Shown here one piece after another: positions 28,561 through 38,436 of a stretch of DNA of 64,000 nucleotides. The translations under genes were made by a program, and so were the position numbers. Below the pieces are notes generated by a model. The model was not told the DNA's origin and did not search any database. It saw only the letters and a list, made by a program, of their open reading frames with translations. The stretch is taken from the NCBI GenBank assembly GCA_028288925.1, contig JAQGHG010000026.1, positions 22,013 through 86,012 of the forward strand, given 5' to 3'. Every line of letters begins with the position of its first letter. Position 1 is the first letter of the stretch. The DNA is from Patescibacteria group bacterium (GTDB lineage Bacteria > Patescibacteriota > Saccharimonadia > UBA4664).

Positions 28561-30071
28561 TGAATATCGTCGACCTGCTGCTCGACCGCGTCACCATGTA
28601 CCGCCTGATGCTGTACTACCTGCTCGCGTTGCTGGGCGCCGCAATGCTCCTAGGCGCTGTGGGGTACGCGGCGTACAACCCGGTGGCCGTCACGCTGTCG
28701 GCTGGGTACCTTACTCTAGTATGCTGGGCCGCGAACAAGGCATTTGCCTACATTCTGAAAGTGCCGGTAAACCCGGAGTCGTCGCTCATCACCGCTCTCA
28801 TCCTGGCTCTCATCATCACGCCGCCGACTCACCTCCAGGGCTACATATTCCTGACGGCCGCCGCTGGTTTGGCGATCGCGTCCAAGTATTTGCTAACCAT
28901 TCGCAATCATAATATCTTCAACCCGGCCGCCATCGCGGTCGCTTTAACGTCGCTCGGCGCCGGCGAATCCGCTAGCTGGTGGGTGGGCAGCGCCGTACTC
29001 TTGCCCTTCGTGATAGTTGGCGGGGTACTGGTGGCGCGCAAAATCCGCCGTGGCCAGCTGGTGGCGAGTTTTCTGGTGGTTTCATTGGTGATGGTGGCCG
29101 TCATCGCCGCGATGAGCGGCGGCAACGTTGCCGTTACGCTCCAGAAGATGCTCCTCAACTCTTCGCTATTCTTCTTTTCCTTCGTGATGCTCACCGAGCC
29201 CCTCACCGCGCCCACTACCCTGGTCAAGCAGCGATGGTATGGCGCCTTGGCCGGGCTGCTCTTCCCTCCGCAGATACACATCCTGAGCCTCTATTCCACG
29301 CCGGAGCTGGTGCTGGTCGTGAGCAATCTGGCTTCGTACCTAATGGAGCGAAAATCCCGGCTCGTGTTGCGTCTTTCTAACATCCAAAAGACCGGCCCCA
29401 ACCTTGCCGACTTCATCTTTACCCCAAGCCACAAACCAGCGTATCTTCCCGGTCAATACATGGAGTGGACGCTACCGCATGCCAAGCCCGACGATCGCGG
29501 CAGCCGCCGGTACTTCACCCTAGCATCCTCGCCCACCGAAGATAATCTCCGGATTGGAGTAAAGTTCTATCCCAAAGGCAGCAGCTACAAACAAGCCTTA
29601 CTAAAGCTTGATGCCGGTACGGCGGTAGCGGCCGGCCAGCTCGGCGGCGACTTCGTGCTGCCCAAGGATCCGGCCGAGAAGCTCGCCTTCATCGCCGGCG
29701 GCATTGGCGTCACACCATACCGGAGCATGATGAAATACCTGCTCGACACACGTCAGGAGCGTGACATCACGCTCCTGTACGCGGCCCACACCAGCGGCGA
29801 GCTGGCCTACACCGATGTCTTCGCGGCCGCCCGGCAACAATTTGGCGCAAACGTAGTCTACGTACTCGACGCCCCCGGCACCTTATCCGAAGCCGCCCGC
29901 CAGGGACCCATCACCACGGCCCTCATAAAGGCCGAAATACCGGACTTCCGAGAACGCGTTTTCTTCGTCTCCGGCCCCCGCCCCATGGTGACGGCTACGG
30001 TAGCCGCGCTCAAAACCATAGGGGTCCACGCTAGCCGTATCAAGACTGATTTCTTCCCTGGATACGCCTAG
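28560..30071 (+). CDS. RnfD/NqrB-like membrane domain fused to FNR-like FAD/NAD-binding domain
   Basis: IASKY..IFNPAA, MLTEPLTAP; PGQYMEW, RYFTLASSP, IAGGIGVTP, SGP, DFFPGY. Confidence 0.88.
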   Translation: MNIVDLLLDRVTMYRLMLYYLLALLGAAMLLGAVGYAAYNPVAVTLSAGYLTLVCWAANKAFAYILKVPVNPESSLITALILALIITPPTHLQGYIFLTAAAGLAIASKYLLTIRNHNIFNPAAIAVALTSLGAGESASWWVGSAVLLPFVIVGGVLVARKIRRGQLVASFLVVSLVMVAVIAAMSGGNVAVTLQKMLLNSSLFFFSFVMLTEPLTAPTTLVKQRWYGALAGLLFPPQIHILSLYSTPELVLVVSNLASYLMERKSRLVLRLSNIQKTGPNLADFIFTPSHKPAYLPGQYMEWTLPHAKPDDRGSRRYFTLASSPTEDNLRIGVKFYPKGSSYKQALLKLDAGTAVAAGQLGGDFVLPKDPAEKLAFIAGGIGVTPYRSMMKYLLDTRQERDITLLYAAHTSGELAYTDVFAAARQQFGANVVYVLDAPGTLSEAARQGPITTALIKAEIPDFRERVFFVSGPRPMVTATVAALKTIGVHASRIKTDFFPGYA

Positions 30072-30106
30072 GTATATCTAACCGGGCGGCGGCGTGAAAG
30101 ATCTCG

Positions 30107-30304
30107 CTACGTGAAAAACTTCATCAGCGTGGGCGCCAAGACTTCCGGTTTGAGTATATGGGTCTGGCCTTCCAATGTCTGGTGCTGGGCGCGGGGCAAT
30201 ACCTCCGCCAATGCCCGCATCGCCTGGCTCATCCAGGCCGGACTCTCGCCGCCGTTCATCACTCGCGAAACTACGATCTCCCGTTCCTTCAGATCCTCAG
30301 CCAT
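30107..30304 (-). pseudogene. Deletion chimera: SRPBCC-like N-terminus fused to alpha/beta-hydrolase C-terminus
   Basis: REIVVSRV then LPRAQHQTLEGQTH..LAP.L.KFF resembling the end of the hydrolase at 46014. Confidence 0.6.
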
Positions 30305-30305
30305 A

Positions 30306-30590
30306 CTATTGCTCCTTATTCAGGTAAAATTCCAGATACCGCGCCGCGCCCTTGATAGCCACCGGCGATGCCTGCACAAATTGCTGCTTGCCCTGCCGGC
30401 GCTTGATGACGAGCTTAGCCTTCTCCAAAATCTTGAGATGCTTCGACACCGCCGCCAGCGACAAGTTGTACGGCTGGGCGATTTCGCTAACCGAAAGCTC
30501 CACACCGGCCACGCGGCGCAGAATGTCACGACGGGTCGGGTCGGCCAACGACCCAAAGATGGAATCAAGCTGTAATGAATATTCAATCAT
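30306..30590 (-). CDS. ArsR/SmtB-family transcriptional regulator
   Basis: F.SLADPTRRDIL, AVSKHLKILE.A.L; imperfect palindrome ATTCAATCATATGGTTAAAT (30581-30600) over its start. Confidence 0.9.
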   Translation of the reverse strand: MIEYSLQLDSIFGSLADPTRRDILRRVAGVELSVSEIAQPYNLSLAAVSKHLKILEKAKLVIKRRQGKQQFVQASPVAIKGAARYLEFYLNKEQ

Positions 30591-30623
30591 ATGGTTAAAT
30601 GATAGGGCGCGAACCCCGGCGCA

Positions 30624-33029
30624 TCAAATATTATCCAAGATTTCGGCTAAATCAACACCCCTACCCATCACCGGCTTCCACAAATCGCCAACCTCAGCCA
30701 CCCGCTTGGCCATATTCTTAATCGTAAACTGGCCCGGGTCGAGCTTCGGCGTCACCTCGTCCCAGCGCAGGGGAGCGGAGACGGTGGCATCGGGCATCGG
30801 CCGCGCACTGTACGGCGCCGCCAAGGTTTGGCCTTCGCGGTTCTGCAGGAAGTCCACATAAATCTTGTGCGGGCGCTTGGCCGGCATGCGCTCAACACTG
30901 GTGAGCTTGGGCTGGCGTTTATGAACTTCCACCGCCAGCAAATGTGCGAAATCCTTGGCCTGGTCGTGCGTGTACTTGGCCCCCAGCGGAATATAAATAT
31001 GAATACCCGTCTTGCCCGACGTCTTGGGATAGCACGGCACCTTCCAATCGTCGCACACCTGCTGCACGGTCAGCGCCACCGTCACCACATCCTGGAATGT
31101 CACGCCTTCCGGGTCCAGATCGATCACCGCCCAATCCGGCCTATCTAAGTGTCGCACGCGGGAGTTCCACGGATTAATCTCGATACTCCCGAGCTGCACG
31201 GCATACAGCAGCGTCTCCAGCGTGCCGCCCACCATCCAGTGCAGCGTCTCACCCGTAGAATCGGAATAAATATCCACCGCCGGCGCCCAATCGGGCAAAT
31301 GCTCCATATTTTTCTGGAAAAATCCTTTGTCACCCACGCCGCCGGGCTGGCGCAGCAGCGAGAGGGGACGGTCTTTGAGGTAGGGCAGTATGTACGGCGC
31401 CATCGTCCGGTAATACTCGATCAGATCGCCTTTGGTGTAGCCGTGCTTAGGGAAGAATACTTTGTCGAGATGGGTGAATGTTGGGGTCACAATAGTCTCC
31501 TTGGCGATTTCGCGATGAACATCTCGCGGGTCTTTGTCGGCGCGCAAGCCTTCGTACACCGGATGGCGCATCGAGCCGTCGGAAGTCCACTCGGCGAAGC
31601 TCATCTCGGCCACCACCTCCGGCCGCGTCCAATGCACCGGCGCGTTGGGACGGGGCTCTTCGCGGAAGGGCGAAGTTTTGCGCTCCAGCTTCTCCAGCCG
31701 GTCGCGCAAGGTTCGCCGCTGCTCGTCCGCAATCCCGCCGCCCGAGTGGCCCACGTACACCAGCTCGTCGCCCTCATACGCGCCGAGCAGCAGCGAGCCG
31801 AGGTACTCGCGCCCGCCGCGCGGTTCGGTAAACCCGCCGATCACCACCTCTTGGCGCAGGTGAGTTTTGGCCTTGAGCCAATCGTTGCCGCGGCGGTCTT
31901 CGCGGTACGGGCTGTCGGCGCGCTTGGCCACCACGCCCTCCAGGCCCTGCGCGCGCATACGCTCAAACAGCGCCTCGCCCTCGGTGGCGATGTGGTCGCT
32001 GTAGCGGATCGGGCCATCGGCCGGTACCAGTGCGGCCAGTAGCTGCTTGCGTTCGTGCAGCGGCATGCTCCGCAGATCGCGGCCGTCGCACCACAGCAGG
32101 TCAAACACGTAGTAGGCCAGCACCCCCCGCGGATTTTGCCGCCACTGCTGCAGCCACTCGAAGTGCGGCCGGCCGGCCTCATCGAGCACCACGATCTCGC
32201 CGTCCACGACCACGTCGTGCCCAAACGCCTGCAACGCCTCGTGCACCGGCGGGTAATGCGTGCTGAAATCCTGGCCGGTGCGCGAGTACAGCCGCGTCTG
32301 GCTGCCGTGCTTGCTAGCGACCGCCCGGTAGCCGTCCCACTTGATCTCAAACAGCCAGCCCTCGCGCTCAAACGGCTGCTCCACCAACGTACACAGCATG
32401 GGATTGACCCGCCACGGCTCAGGCCGCTCCGGGTACGCCGAAAGATCCGGCAGCTTGTTGTGCGCGCCTAGCTCATCGACCTTTTTGCCGCTGCGCACCG
32501 ACCCGTCCTGCTCGGTCACGCTCGCCTTGGTGGCGTATTCGTCACCTTTCTTTACCAGTAGCCAGGCCTTATCGTCCGGCCCGTGCATCTTGATGAGCGC
32601 GAACTCGCCCCGCAGCTTTGTACCGTGCAGAATAAACGTGACATGCCCCTCGGCCAACCCCTTGCGCAGCTCCGCCGCCGGATCATCACTCGCCTGGCGG
32701 GGTTCATACGTCCCCTCGTCCCAAATAATTACATTCCCTGCGCCATAGCTCCCCTCCGGAATTACACCCTCAAACTTCCGGTACTCGTAGGGGTGATCCT
32801 CCGTCATCACGGCCAAATGCCGGTCCTGCGGATTCATCGACGGCCCCTTGGGCACCGCCCAGCTCTTGAGTACGCCGTCCAGCTCCAGCCGGAAGTCATA
32901 ATGCAGGCTCGAAGCGTGATGCTCCTGCACCACAAACGCCAACGGCCCCTTGCCGGAGCGCTTTACCTGGCCCTTCGGTTCGGGCGTGCGGTCAAACTGC
33001 CGCTTGGCGTGATAATGCTCCAGGCTCAT
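30624..33029 (-). CDS. ligD: DNA ligase D (phosphoesterase-ligase-polymerase)
   Basis: FVVQEHHAS.LHYDFRLE; EIKWDGYR; DLDP, KTSGKTGIH, APYSAR. Confidence 0.95.
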   Translation of the reverse strand: MSLEHYHAKRQFDRTPEPKGQVKRSGKGPLAFVVQEHHASSLHYDFRLELDGVLKSWAVPKGPSMNPQDRHLAVMTEDHPYEYRKFEGVIPEGSYGAGNVIIWDEGTYEPRQASDDPAAELRKGLAEGHVTFILHGTKLRGEFALIKMHGPDDKAWLLVKKGDEYATKASVTEQDGSVRSGKKVDELGAHNKLPDLSAYPERPEPWRVNPMLCTLVEQPFEREGWLFEIKWDGYRAVASKHGSQTRLYSRTGQDFSTHYPPVHEALQAFGHDVVVDGEIVVLDEAGRPHFEWLQQWRQNPRGVLAYYVFDLLWCDGRDLRSMPLHERKQLLAALVPADGPIRYSDHIATEGEALFERMRAQGLEGVVAKRADSPYREDRRGNDWLKAKTHLRQEVVIGGFTEPRGGREYLGSLLLGAYEGDELVYVGHSGGGIADEQRRTLRDRLEKLERKTSPFREEPRPNAPVHWTRPEVVAEMSFAEWTSDGSMRHPVYEGLRADKDPRDVHREIAKETIVTPTFTHLDKVFFPKHGYTKGDLIEYYRTMAPYILPYLKDRPLSLLRQPGGVGDKGFFQKNMEHLPDWAPAVDIYSDSTGETLHWMVGGTLETLLYAVQLGSIEINPWNSRVRHLDRPDWAVIDLDPEGVTFQDVVTVALTVQQVCDDWKVPCYPKTSGKTGIHIYIPLGAKYTHDQAKDFAHLLAVEVHKRQPKLTSVERMPAKRPHKIYVDFLQNREGQTLAAPYSARPMPDATVSAPLRWDEVTPKLDPGQFTIKNMAKRVAEVGDLWKPVMGRGVDLAEILDNI

Positions 33030-33031
33030 GG

Positions 33032-33802
33032 CTACTCCTTGGCGAGGCTAGCTTTGAGCGCGCTCATCAGATCGTCGGCCGTAGCCTGCGGTTCATGCTT
33101 GTGCTTCTTTGCCACCGGCTTCTCACCCTTAATCTTAGCCTTGATGCGCTCCTCTAGCTCCTGTGCATACACATCGGCGAAATCCTCAGGCATGAATGGC
33201 TTCGTCTCTTGCTTGATCAGCTTGAGCGCCACTTCCAGCTCGCGGTCAGTTACCTGTTTGTCGGTCGGTACGCCCAGATCGCTGCCGGACCGTAAATCGC
33301 TCGGATACCGCATTTGCTCCAGCACCAGCAAGCGCCCCACCGGCTTAATCACCGCCAAATGCTCGCGTTCGTGCATCACGTATTTGGCCAGCGCCAGCAT
33401 GGCCGATTTCTTCAACGCCTCGCGCAGCAAAGCGTAGGCCTTTTCGCCACCCTTCACCGGCTCCAAATAATACGGCTTATCGAAGTAGCGGATGTCGATA
33501 TCACCTTCTTTCACGAACTGCTGGATATCCACCGTCGAAGACTTTTCGGCTGCCAATTCATCAAGCTGCTCGGGCGTAAACACTACGTATTTATCGTCCT
33601 CATACTCATAGCCCTTCACGATATCGTCCCAATCCACCTCTTTGCCCTCGTCGCGGCAAATGTGCGCGTACCGGATAGGGGAGTGGTCGTCCTTGTGCAG
33701 CATGTGGAACTCAATACCCTCACGAGTCTCCACGGCGCTAAACATCCGCACCGGGATGTTCACCAAGCCAAAACTAATCGAGCCGTTCCATATTGGTCGC
33801 AT
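33032..33802 (-). CDS. ku: NHEJ Ku protein
   Basis: IWNGSISFGLVNIPV, IVKGYEY, YFDKPYYL, DLMSALKASL; adjacent to ligD. Confidence 0.95.
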   Translation of the reverse strand: MRPIWNGSISFGLVNIPVRMFSAVETREGIEFHMLHKDDHSPIRYAHICRDEGKEVDWDDIVKGYEYEDDKYVVFTPEQLDELAAEKSSTVDIQQFVKEGDIDIRYFDKPYYLEPVKGGEKAYALLREALKKSAMLALAKYVMHEREHLAVIKPVGRLLVLEQMRYPSDLRSGSDLGVPTDKQVTDRELEVALKLIKQETKPFMPEDFADVYAQELEERIKAKIKGEKPVAKKHKHEPQATADDLMSALKASLAKE

Positions 33803-33850
33803 ATGGTTCTAGTATAGGGGATTTTTGGCGATTTTGGTCAGATTATCGCG

Positions 33851-34660
33851 CTACTTCGTGGTCTTGTGCCGGAATAAATAAGACGCTAACGGTATCGCCA
33901 CGATCAGCACGCCGACGCACCAGGCCGCGGCCAGCCAGCCGTGATCGCCGATCGGGCGGTGCAGAATGAGCGCGCGGACGGCCTCGATGATGTGCGTAAT
34001 AGGCTGGTTTTCGGCGAATAGCTTGAGGTACTTGTTCATGCTATCGGTCGGCGCGAAGGCCGAGCTGGCGAACGTCAGCGGGAAGACGATGATAAACGAC
34101 AGCCACTGCACACCCTCCACGCTATCGGCCAGCACACCCATAATGGCCGACAGCCACGAAAAGGTGAGGGTAAAGAGCGCCAAAATGCCGGCGATCAACA
34201 GCCAGTCGGTCAGGCTGGCGCTCGACCGGAAGCCCATCACCACGCCCGCCAGCAGCATAATGACGGTCGAAAAACCGTTGCGGAACAAGTCGGAGACGAC
34301 GTGGCCGTTCAGCACCGCCAGGTTCGACATCGGCAGCGACCGGAAGCGGTCGACGATGCCCTTCTGCATATCGTTGCAAATGGCGATGGCCGTGGTGCTC
34401 GAGCCAAACGCCAGCGTCTGCACGATGATGCCGGCCAGCAGGAAGTTTAGATAACTCACGCCGGGCGGCAAGGCCTTGGAGATCGCACCGCCAAACACCG
34501 AAGCAAACAGCACCAGGAACATAATCGGCTGGAAGAACGTGCCCAGCAGCTGGTCGCGGTTGCGCAGGATGTGCATGCTGCTGCGCTTGATCATGATCAG
34601 CGAATCGAGCGCCGCCAGCGCCCACTTGGGCTGTTTGCTAAATACGAGTTCTGTCGCCAT
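33851..34660 (-). CDS. ABC-2 exporter permease (DrrB-like)
   Basis: QPIMFLVLF, GIVDRFRSLPM, FASSAF.P, NQP. Confidence 0.9.
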   Translation of the reverse strand: MATELVFSKQPKWALAALDSLIMIKRSSMHILRNRDQLLGTFFQPIMFLVLFASVFGGAISKALPPGVSYLNFLLAGIIVQTLAFGSSTTAIAICNDMQKGIVDRFRSLPMSNLAVLNGHVVSDLFRNGFSTVIMLLAGVVMGFRSSASLTDWLLIAGILALFTLTFSWLSAIMGVLADSVEGVQWLSFIIVFPLTFASSAFAPTDSMNKYLKLFAENQPITHIIEAVRALILHRPIGDHGWLAAAWCVGVLIVAIPLASYLFRHKTTK

Positions 34661-35634
34661 TATTTGGCCTCCTTCTTCTGGTCGTTCGGTTCGGCCGCTT
34701 TTTGCTTGCCGGTAAGCGACAGGAACACATCGTCGAGTGTGGGTTTGTGTACCGCCATCGAAACGAGCTTAACATGCTCACGCTCCAGCGCCGCCAGGGT
34801 ATTCTTGACGTCAGTATTAATGTCTTGGATGACGACCGTGGCCGTATAATCCTTGGCGTTGGTGTCCACGACGGTCTTGCCAAGGGCTTTCCCGGCCTTC
34901 TCCAGGGCCGCGGTGCTCTCGAATGTCAGCTCCAGCCGGTCCTTGCCGACCTTGCTCTTGAGTTCGCCGGCGGTGCCTTCGGCGATCACCTTGCCACCGT
35001 CGATCACCACGATCCGGTCGGCCAGCTGGTCGGCCTCTTCCAGGTATTGGGTGGTGAGCAAGATGGTGGTGCCATTGGCCATCAGCCGCTTAATAATGTC
35101 CCACATAGCGATGCGCGAGCGGGGATCGAGGCCGGTGGTCGGCTCGTCCAGGAAGATGATGGGCGGAGTGGCAATCAGGCTAACGGCCAAGTCCAGCCGC
35201 CGCCGCATACCGCCCGAATAGGTTTTGGCCGGCCGCTCAGCCGCCTCAACCAGGTCGAATTCCTCGAGCAGTTCCTGCGCGCGGGCCTTGGCGCTGGCGG
35301 CCGTGAGGCGGTAGAGCTGGCCCATCATCGTCAGGTTCTCACGGCCGGTCAGCAGCTCGTCCACCGCCGCCGATTGGCCCGTCAGGCCGATCACCCGCCG
35401 CACTTCGTCGGGCTGTGTGCGCACATCGTGACCCTCGACCGTCACGGTCCCGCCGTCAAACGGCAGCAGCGTACTCAAGATCCGTACCGTGGTGGTCTTG
35501 CCCGCGCCGTTGGGCCCCAGCAGCGCCAACATCGTACCGCGTTCGACTTTTAGATTAATCCCTTTGAGAACATGGTTTTTACCATAAGATTTGGTCAAAT
35601 CCGTGGCTTCGATGGCGTAAGTAGGCTTTGTCAT
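34660..35634 (-). CDS. ABC exporter ATP-binding protein (DrrA-like)
   Basis: GPNGAGKTT, YSGGMRRRLD, DEPTTGLDP, PTLDDVFL. Confidence 0.93.
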   Translation of the reverse strand: MTKPTYAIEATDLTKSYGKNHVLKGINLKVERGTMLALLGPNGAGKTTTVRILSTLLPFDGGTVTVEGHDVRTQPDEVRRVIGLTGQSAAVDELLTGRENLTMMGQLYRLTAASAKARAQELLEEFDLVEAAERPAKTYSGGMRRRLDLAVSLIATPPIIFLDEPTTGLDPRSRIAMWDIIKRLMANGTTILLTTQYLEEADQLADRIVVIDGGKVIAEGTAGELKSKVGKDRLELTFESTAALEKAGKALGKTVVDTNAKDYTATVVIQDINTDVKNTLAALEREHVKLVSMAVHKPTLDDVFLSLTGKQKAAEPNDQKKEAK

Positions 35635-35690
35635 CCTGCAATTATACCAGGGCCCGCTCAAATGTGAACGAACGCGCTCCGGCCTGCGCA

Positions 35691-35963
35691 TTAAACTGAG
35701 CCAAACCGCTCCGCCGCCCGCGCCCGGGCCTTGGCCGCCTCTACCTCGCGGTCGTGCGGCTCGGCATGGGTCACTAGCGAATCCAGTAGCCGGCGCGCCA
35801 CCACTGCCACATCGTCTACCGCCCGCTCAAAGGCCGCTTCATTAGCCTGCGACGGCTCGTGGAAGCCCGACAACTTGCGCACGAATTGCAGGGCGGCTCC
35901 CCGGACCTCCTCATCGGTCGCGGGCGGGTCAAAATTGAACAAGGTCTTAATATTTCGGCACAT
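35691..35963 (-). CDS. DUF2277-like protein
   Basis: MCRNIKTLFNFDPPAT..AALQFVRKLSG; AAGGAG SD. Confidence 0.8.
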   Translation of the reverse strand: MCRNIKTLFNFDPPATDEEVRGAALQFVRKLSGFHEPSQANEAAFERAVDDVAVVARRLLDSLVTHAEPHDREVEAAKARARAAERFGSV

Positions 35964-35990
35964 TGTGATCTCCTTTGTTAGAATAAGGGA

Positions 35991-36410
35991 ATGATTACCT
36001 ATTACACCGACGGCAGCTGTGAGCCAAATCCCGGCACAGGTGGCTTCGCCGTCATCAAAGACATGCAACCACAAGTGCTAGGCGGCGACAAAATGTCCAC
36101 CAACATCCGCATGGAAGGCCGCGCCATCATCGCCGCGCTCAAGGATGCCGCCGGCGCTCCCTGTCAAATCTACACCGATAGTGAATTCTGGATCAACGTC
36201 ATCACCAAATGGTCGCTCGGCTGGGAAAAAAATGGCTGGAAAAAGAAGGGCGGCGAGATCAAAAACCTCGATATCGTGCAAGAAGTCTGCCCGCTCTTCC
36301 GCGCCTCGCAGGCCGAGCTCATCTGGGTGCGCGGCCACAACAACGACCCCGGCAACGAGCTCGCCGACCACTGGGCCAACGAAGCCCGCAAGCAGCAGCT
36401 CGCGGGCTAA
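35991..36410 (+). CDS. rnhA: Ribonuclease HI
   Basis: YTDGS..NPG, TNIRME, TDS, WVRGH..GNELAD. Confidence 0.93.
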   Translation: MITYYTDGSCEPNPGTGGFAVIKDMQPQVLGGDKMSTNIRMEGRAIIAALKDAAGAPCQIYTDSEFWINVITKWSLGWEKNGWKKKGGEIKNLDIVQEVCPLFRASQAELIWVRGHNNDPGNELADHWANEARKQQLAG

Positions 36411-36425
36411 GCACCCGCCCGGAAG

Positions 36426-37475
36426 TTAGTTGGTCTTGAGCGCTTTGAGCATCGCCGGGAAGACGGTATTCAATTCCCGCTTCCAATATGGCCAAGTGTG
36501 GTTGCCCGGGTAGAAGTGCGACGTCACGGGTACGCCCAAGGTCTTGAGCCGGCTCACGAGCGCCCGGTTTTCCACGTTTACCTGCTTTTCGGCGGGGTCT
36601 GGCATAAAGCCACCGGCGCGCAGGGGGTCGGCTAGGCCGTCGCCGCTAGCGATGTACAAGTAATTGAGTTTGCCGAGCTGCGCCGCCTGGTCGTAAGGGT
36701 CATTGTGCTGCCAAATCGCCTTTTGGGCCGGTATATTATAGTCGCCCCAGACGCTCTTCCAATCGGCTCCGCAGCTCAGTCCGGGCAGATCCGGGCCGTC
36801 GGCGGTGCGGTCGTAGCTGTGCAGCGGGTCAATGTCCCCGCTAAACGAGGCCGCCGCTACAAACATGCCCGGGTGGTTGGCGGGCAGCTTCAAAGCCCCT
36901 AGGCCACCCATCGAATAGCCAATGACCGCGCGGGTGGCGTTGGCCCGGTAGCCCGTCTCCAAAATCTGGCGCACCTCGGAAGTCAGGTAGCTATCCCAGG
37001 CCGGCGCGCCGTGCTTGCCATTATTCCACCAGTCCGAGTAAGCGCTGCACCAGCTGGTGTCGGGTATCACAACGATGGCATTGTGCCCGGCCGACAGGCT
37101 GGCGATATTGGTCTTGGCTAGCCAATCGGAACTACTGCTGTAGCCGCCATGCAGGAGCCATAAGGTCGGCCATTTCTTGAGGCTGGTCTTGGACCATTTG
37201 GGCGGCAGAAGCAACCGCACCAGCCGGTTGGGCGCGCCGATCGAGGGGCTCTTAATGGTCAGCTCCAGGGTCCGGCTATTGGCCCAGTGCTCCGAAACCA
37301 CCCGGGCTGGATTCTTGAACGCGGCCGTGGCGGCATCGGCCTGATACTTGTATATGCTGACCGCACCCACGACTACACAAGCCAACACGATCACCAGCGC
37401 TACCAGACGGCGCGGCACTTGATCTCGCAACGTTTGTAGGGGCAGGCGCTTGGCGGAGGGATGTTTTCGCTTCAT
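36426..37475 (-). CDS. Exported esterase, antigen-85/putative-esterase family
   Basis: N-terminal TM, WLLHG, YSDW, GYSMGG nucleophile, GNHTWPYW. Confidence 0.82.
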   Translation of the reverse strand: MKRKHPSAKRLPLQTLRDQVPRRLVALVIVLACVVVGAVSIYKYQADAATAAFKNPARVVSEHWANSRTLELTIKSPSIGAPNRLVRLLLPPKWSKTSLKKWPTLWLLHGGYSSSSDWLAKTNIASLSAGHNAIVVIPDTSWCSAYSDWWNNGKHGAPAWDSYLTSEVRQILETGYRANATRAVIGYSMGGLGALKLPANHPGMFVAAASFSGDIDPLHSYDRTADGPDLPGLSCGADWKSVWGDYNIPAQKAIWQHNDPYDQAAQLGKLNYLYIASGDGLADPLRAGGFMPDPAEKQVNVENRALVSRLKTLGVPVTSHFYPGNHTWPYWKRELNTVFPAMLKALKTN

Positions 37476-37614
37476 TGTTATAACCATAAGCTCATGGTTG
37501 ATTACTTGCAAACTTGAAGCGGCGGCCTCAGGCCCGTCATCATTCAACTATAGCAGCCGGTCTCTCTGTCAGAAGATGCTGACGCGCTTTGACAAAGCTG
37601 ATATAATCGGCCCC

Positions 37615-38436
37615 ATGCAGACTACCTCGAAGACAGCTACCACTACCGAATTTAAGAAACTGATACTGCCCGACGGCCAACCGCGCGCTATGCCTGCCGA
37701 TATCACGGTCAAATTCCCGGTCCAAACCACGGTCGCGGTCAACCGCCTCCACCTCCTGGCCTACATCCCCTGGGACGATAACTATTCTGCCTGCGTACCC
37801 GCCGCGTACCGCGACTTCTTCCGCCACGCCCTGCCGCATCTCGGCGTGCGCACCAGCGATGTCCACACGGCGCTTTCGGTTTCCCATGTGCCCGAACTTA
37901 TCGCTCTGAGCCCTCAGCCGCTAAACGAGGCATTGCTCCACTTGGCCGTCATATTGCACGATTGCGGCTGGTCCAAGCTAGGCGAAGAAGACGTAGCCAA
38001 CAGTCTCGACTATTCCGCGCTGGCTTATTCCGACCAAGCGCTCCGGCCCAAAGAACAACATGCCACCCTGGGGGCAAATCTCTCCCGCCAGCTCCTCGAT
38101 AGCTACCAAGGCAGCGAGCTCCGGATGGCAACGGAACACGCCGCGCTCATCGCCGACATCGTGCACTACCACGACGCCGTCCGCCTCTGGGACGATACCC
38201 GCCTGGGCGCCGCCCCTGCTGAGTATTGGCTGGTGGTCGACGCCGACCGCCTGTGGTCCTACACCCACGAAAATTTCTGGCTCGATACCATCCGCAAAAA
38301 CACCCCGGCGCCGGATTATGCGCGGCACTTGGCGGCCAATCTCGAAGATTACTTCCTGACGGAGCCGGGCAAAATCATCGCCCGCCGCCTCATGGCCGAG
38401 CGCCAAGCCGAAGTTGCTAATCTAGCGATCTCTTAA
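37615..38436 (+). CDS. HD-domain protein
   Basis: DVHT, ILHDCGW, QHA..GA, HD, DADRLW. Confidence 0.78.
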   Translation: MQTTSKTATTTEFKKLILPDGQPRAMPADITVKFPVQTTVAVNRLHLLAYIPWDDNYSACVPAAYRDFFRHALPHLGVRTSDVHTALSVSHVPELIALSPQPLNEALLHLAVILHDCGWSKLGEEDVANSLDYSALAYSDQALRPKEQHATLGANLSRQLLDSYQGSELRMATEHAALIADIVHYHDAVRLWDDTRLGAAPAEYWLVVDADRLWSYTHENFWLDTIRKNTPAPDYARHLAANLEDYFLTEPGKIIARRLMAERQAEVANLAIS

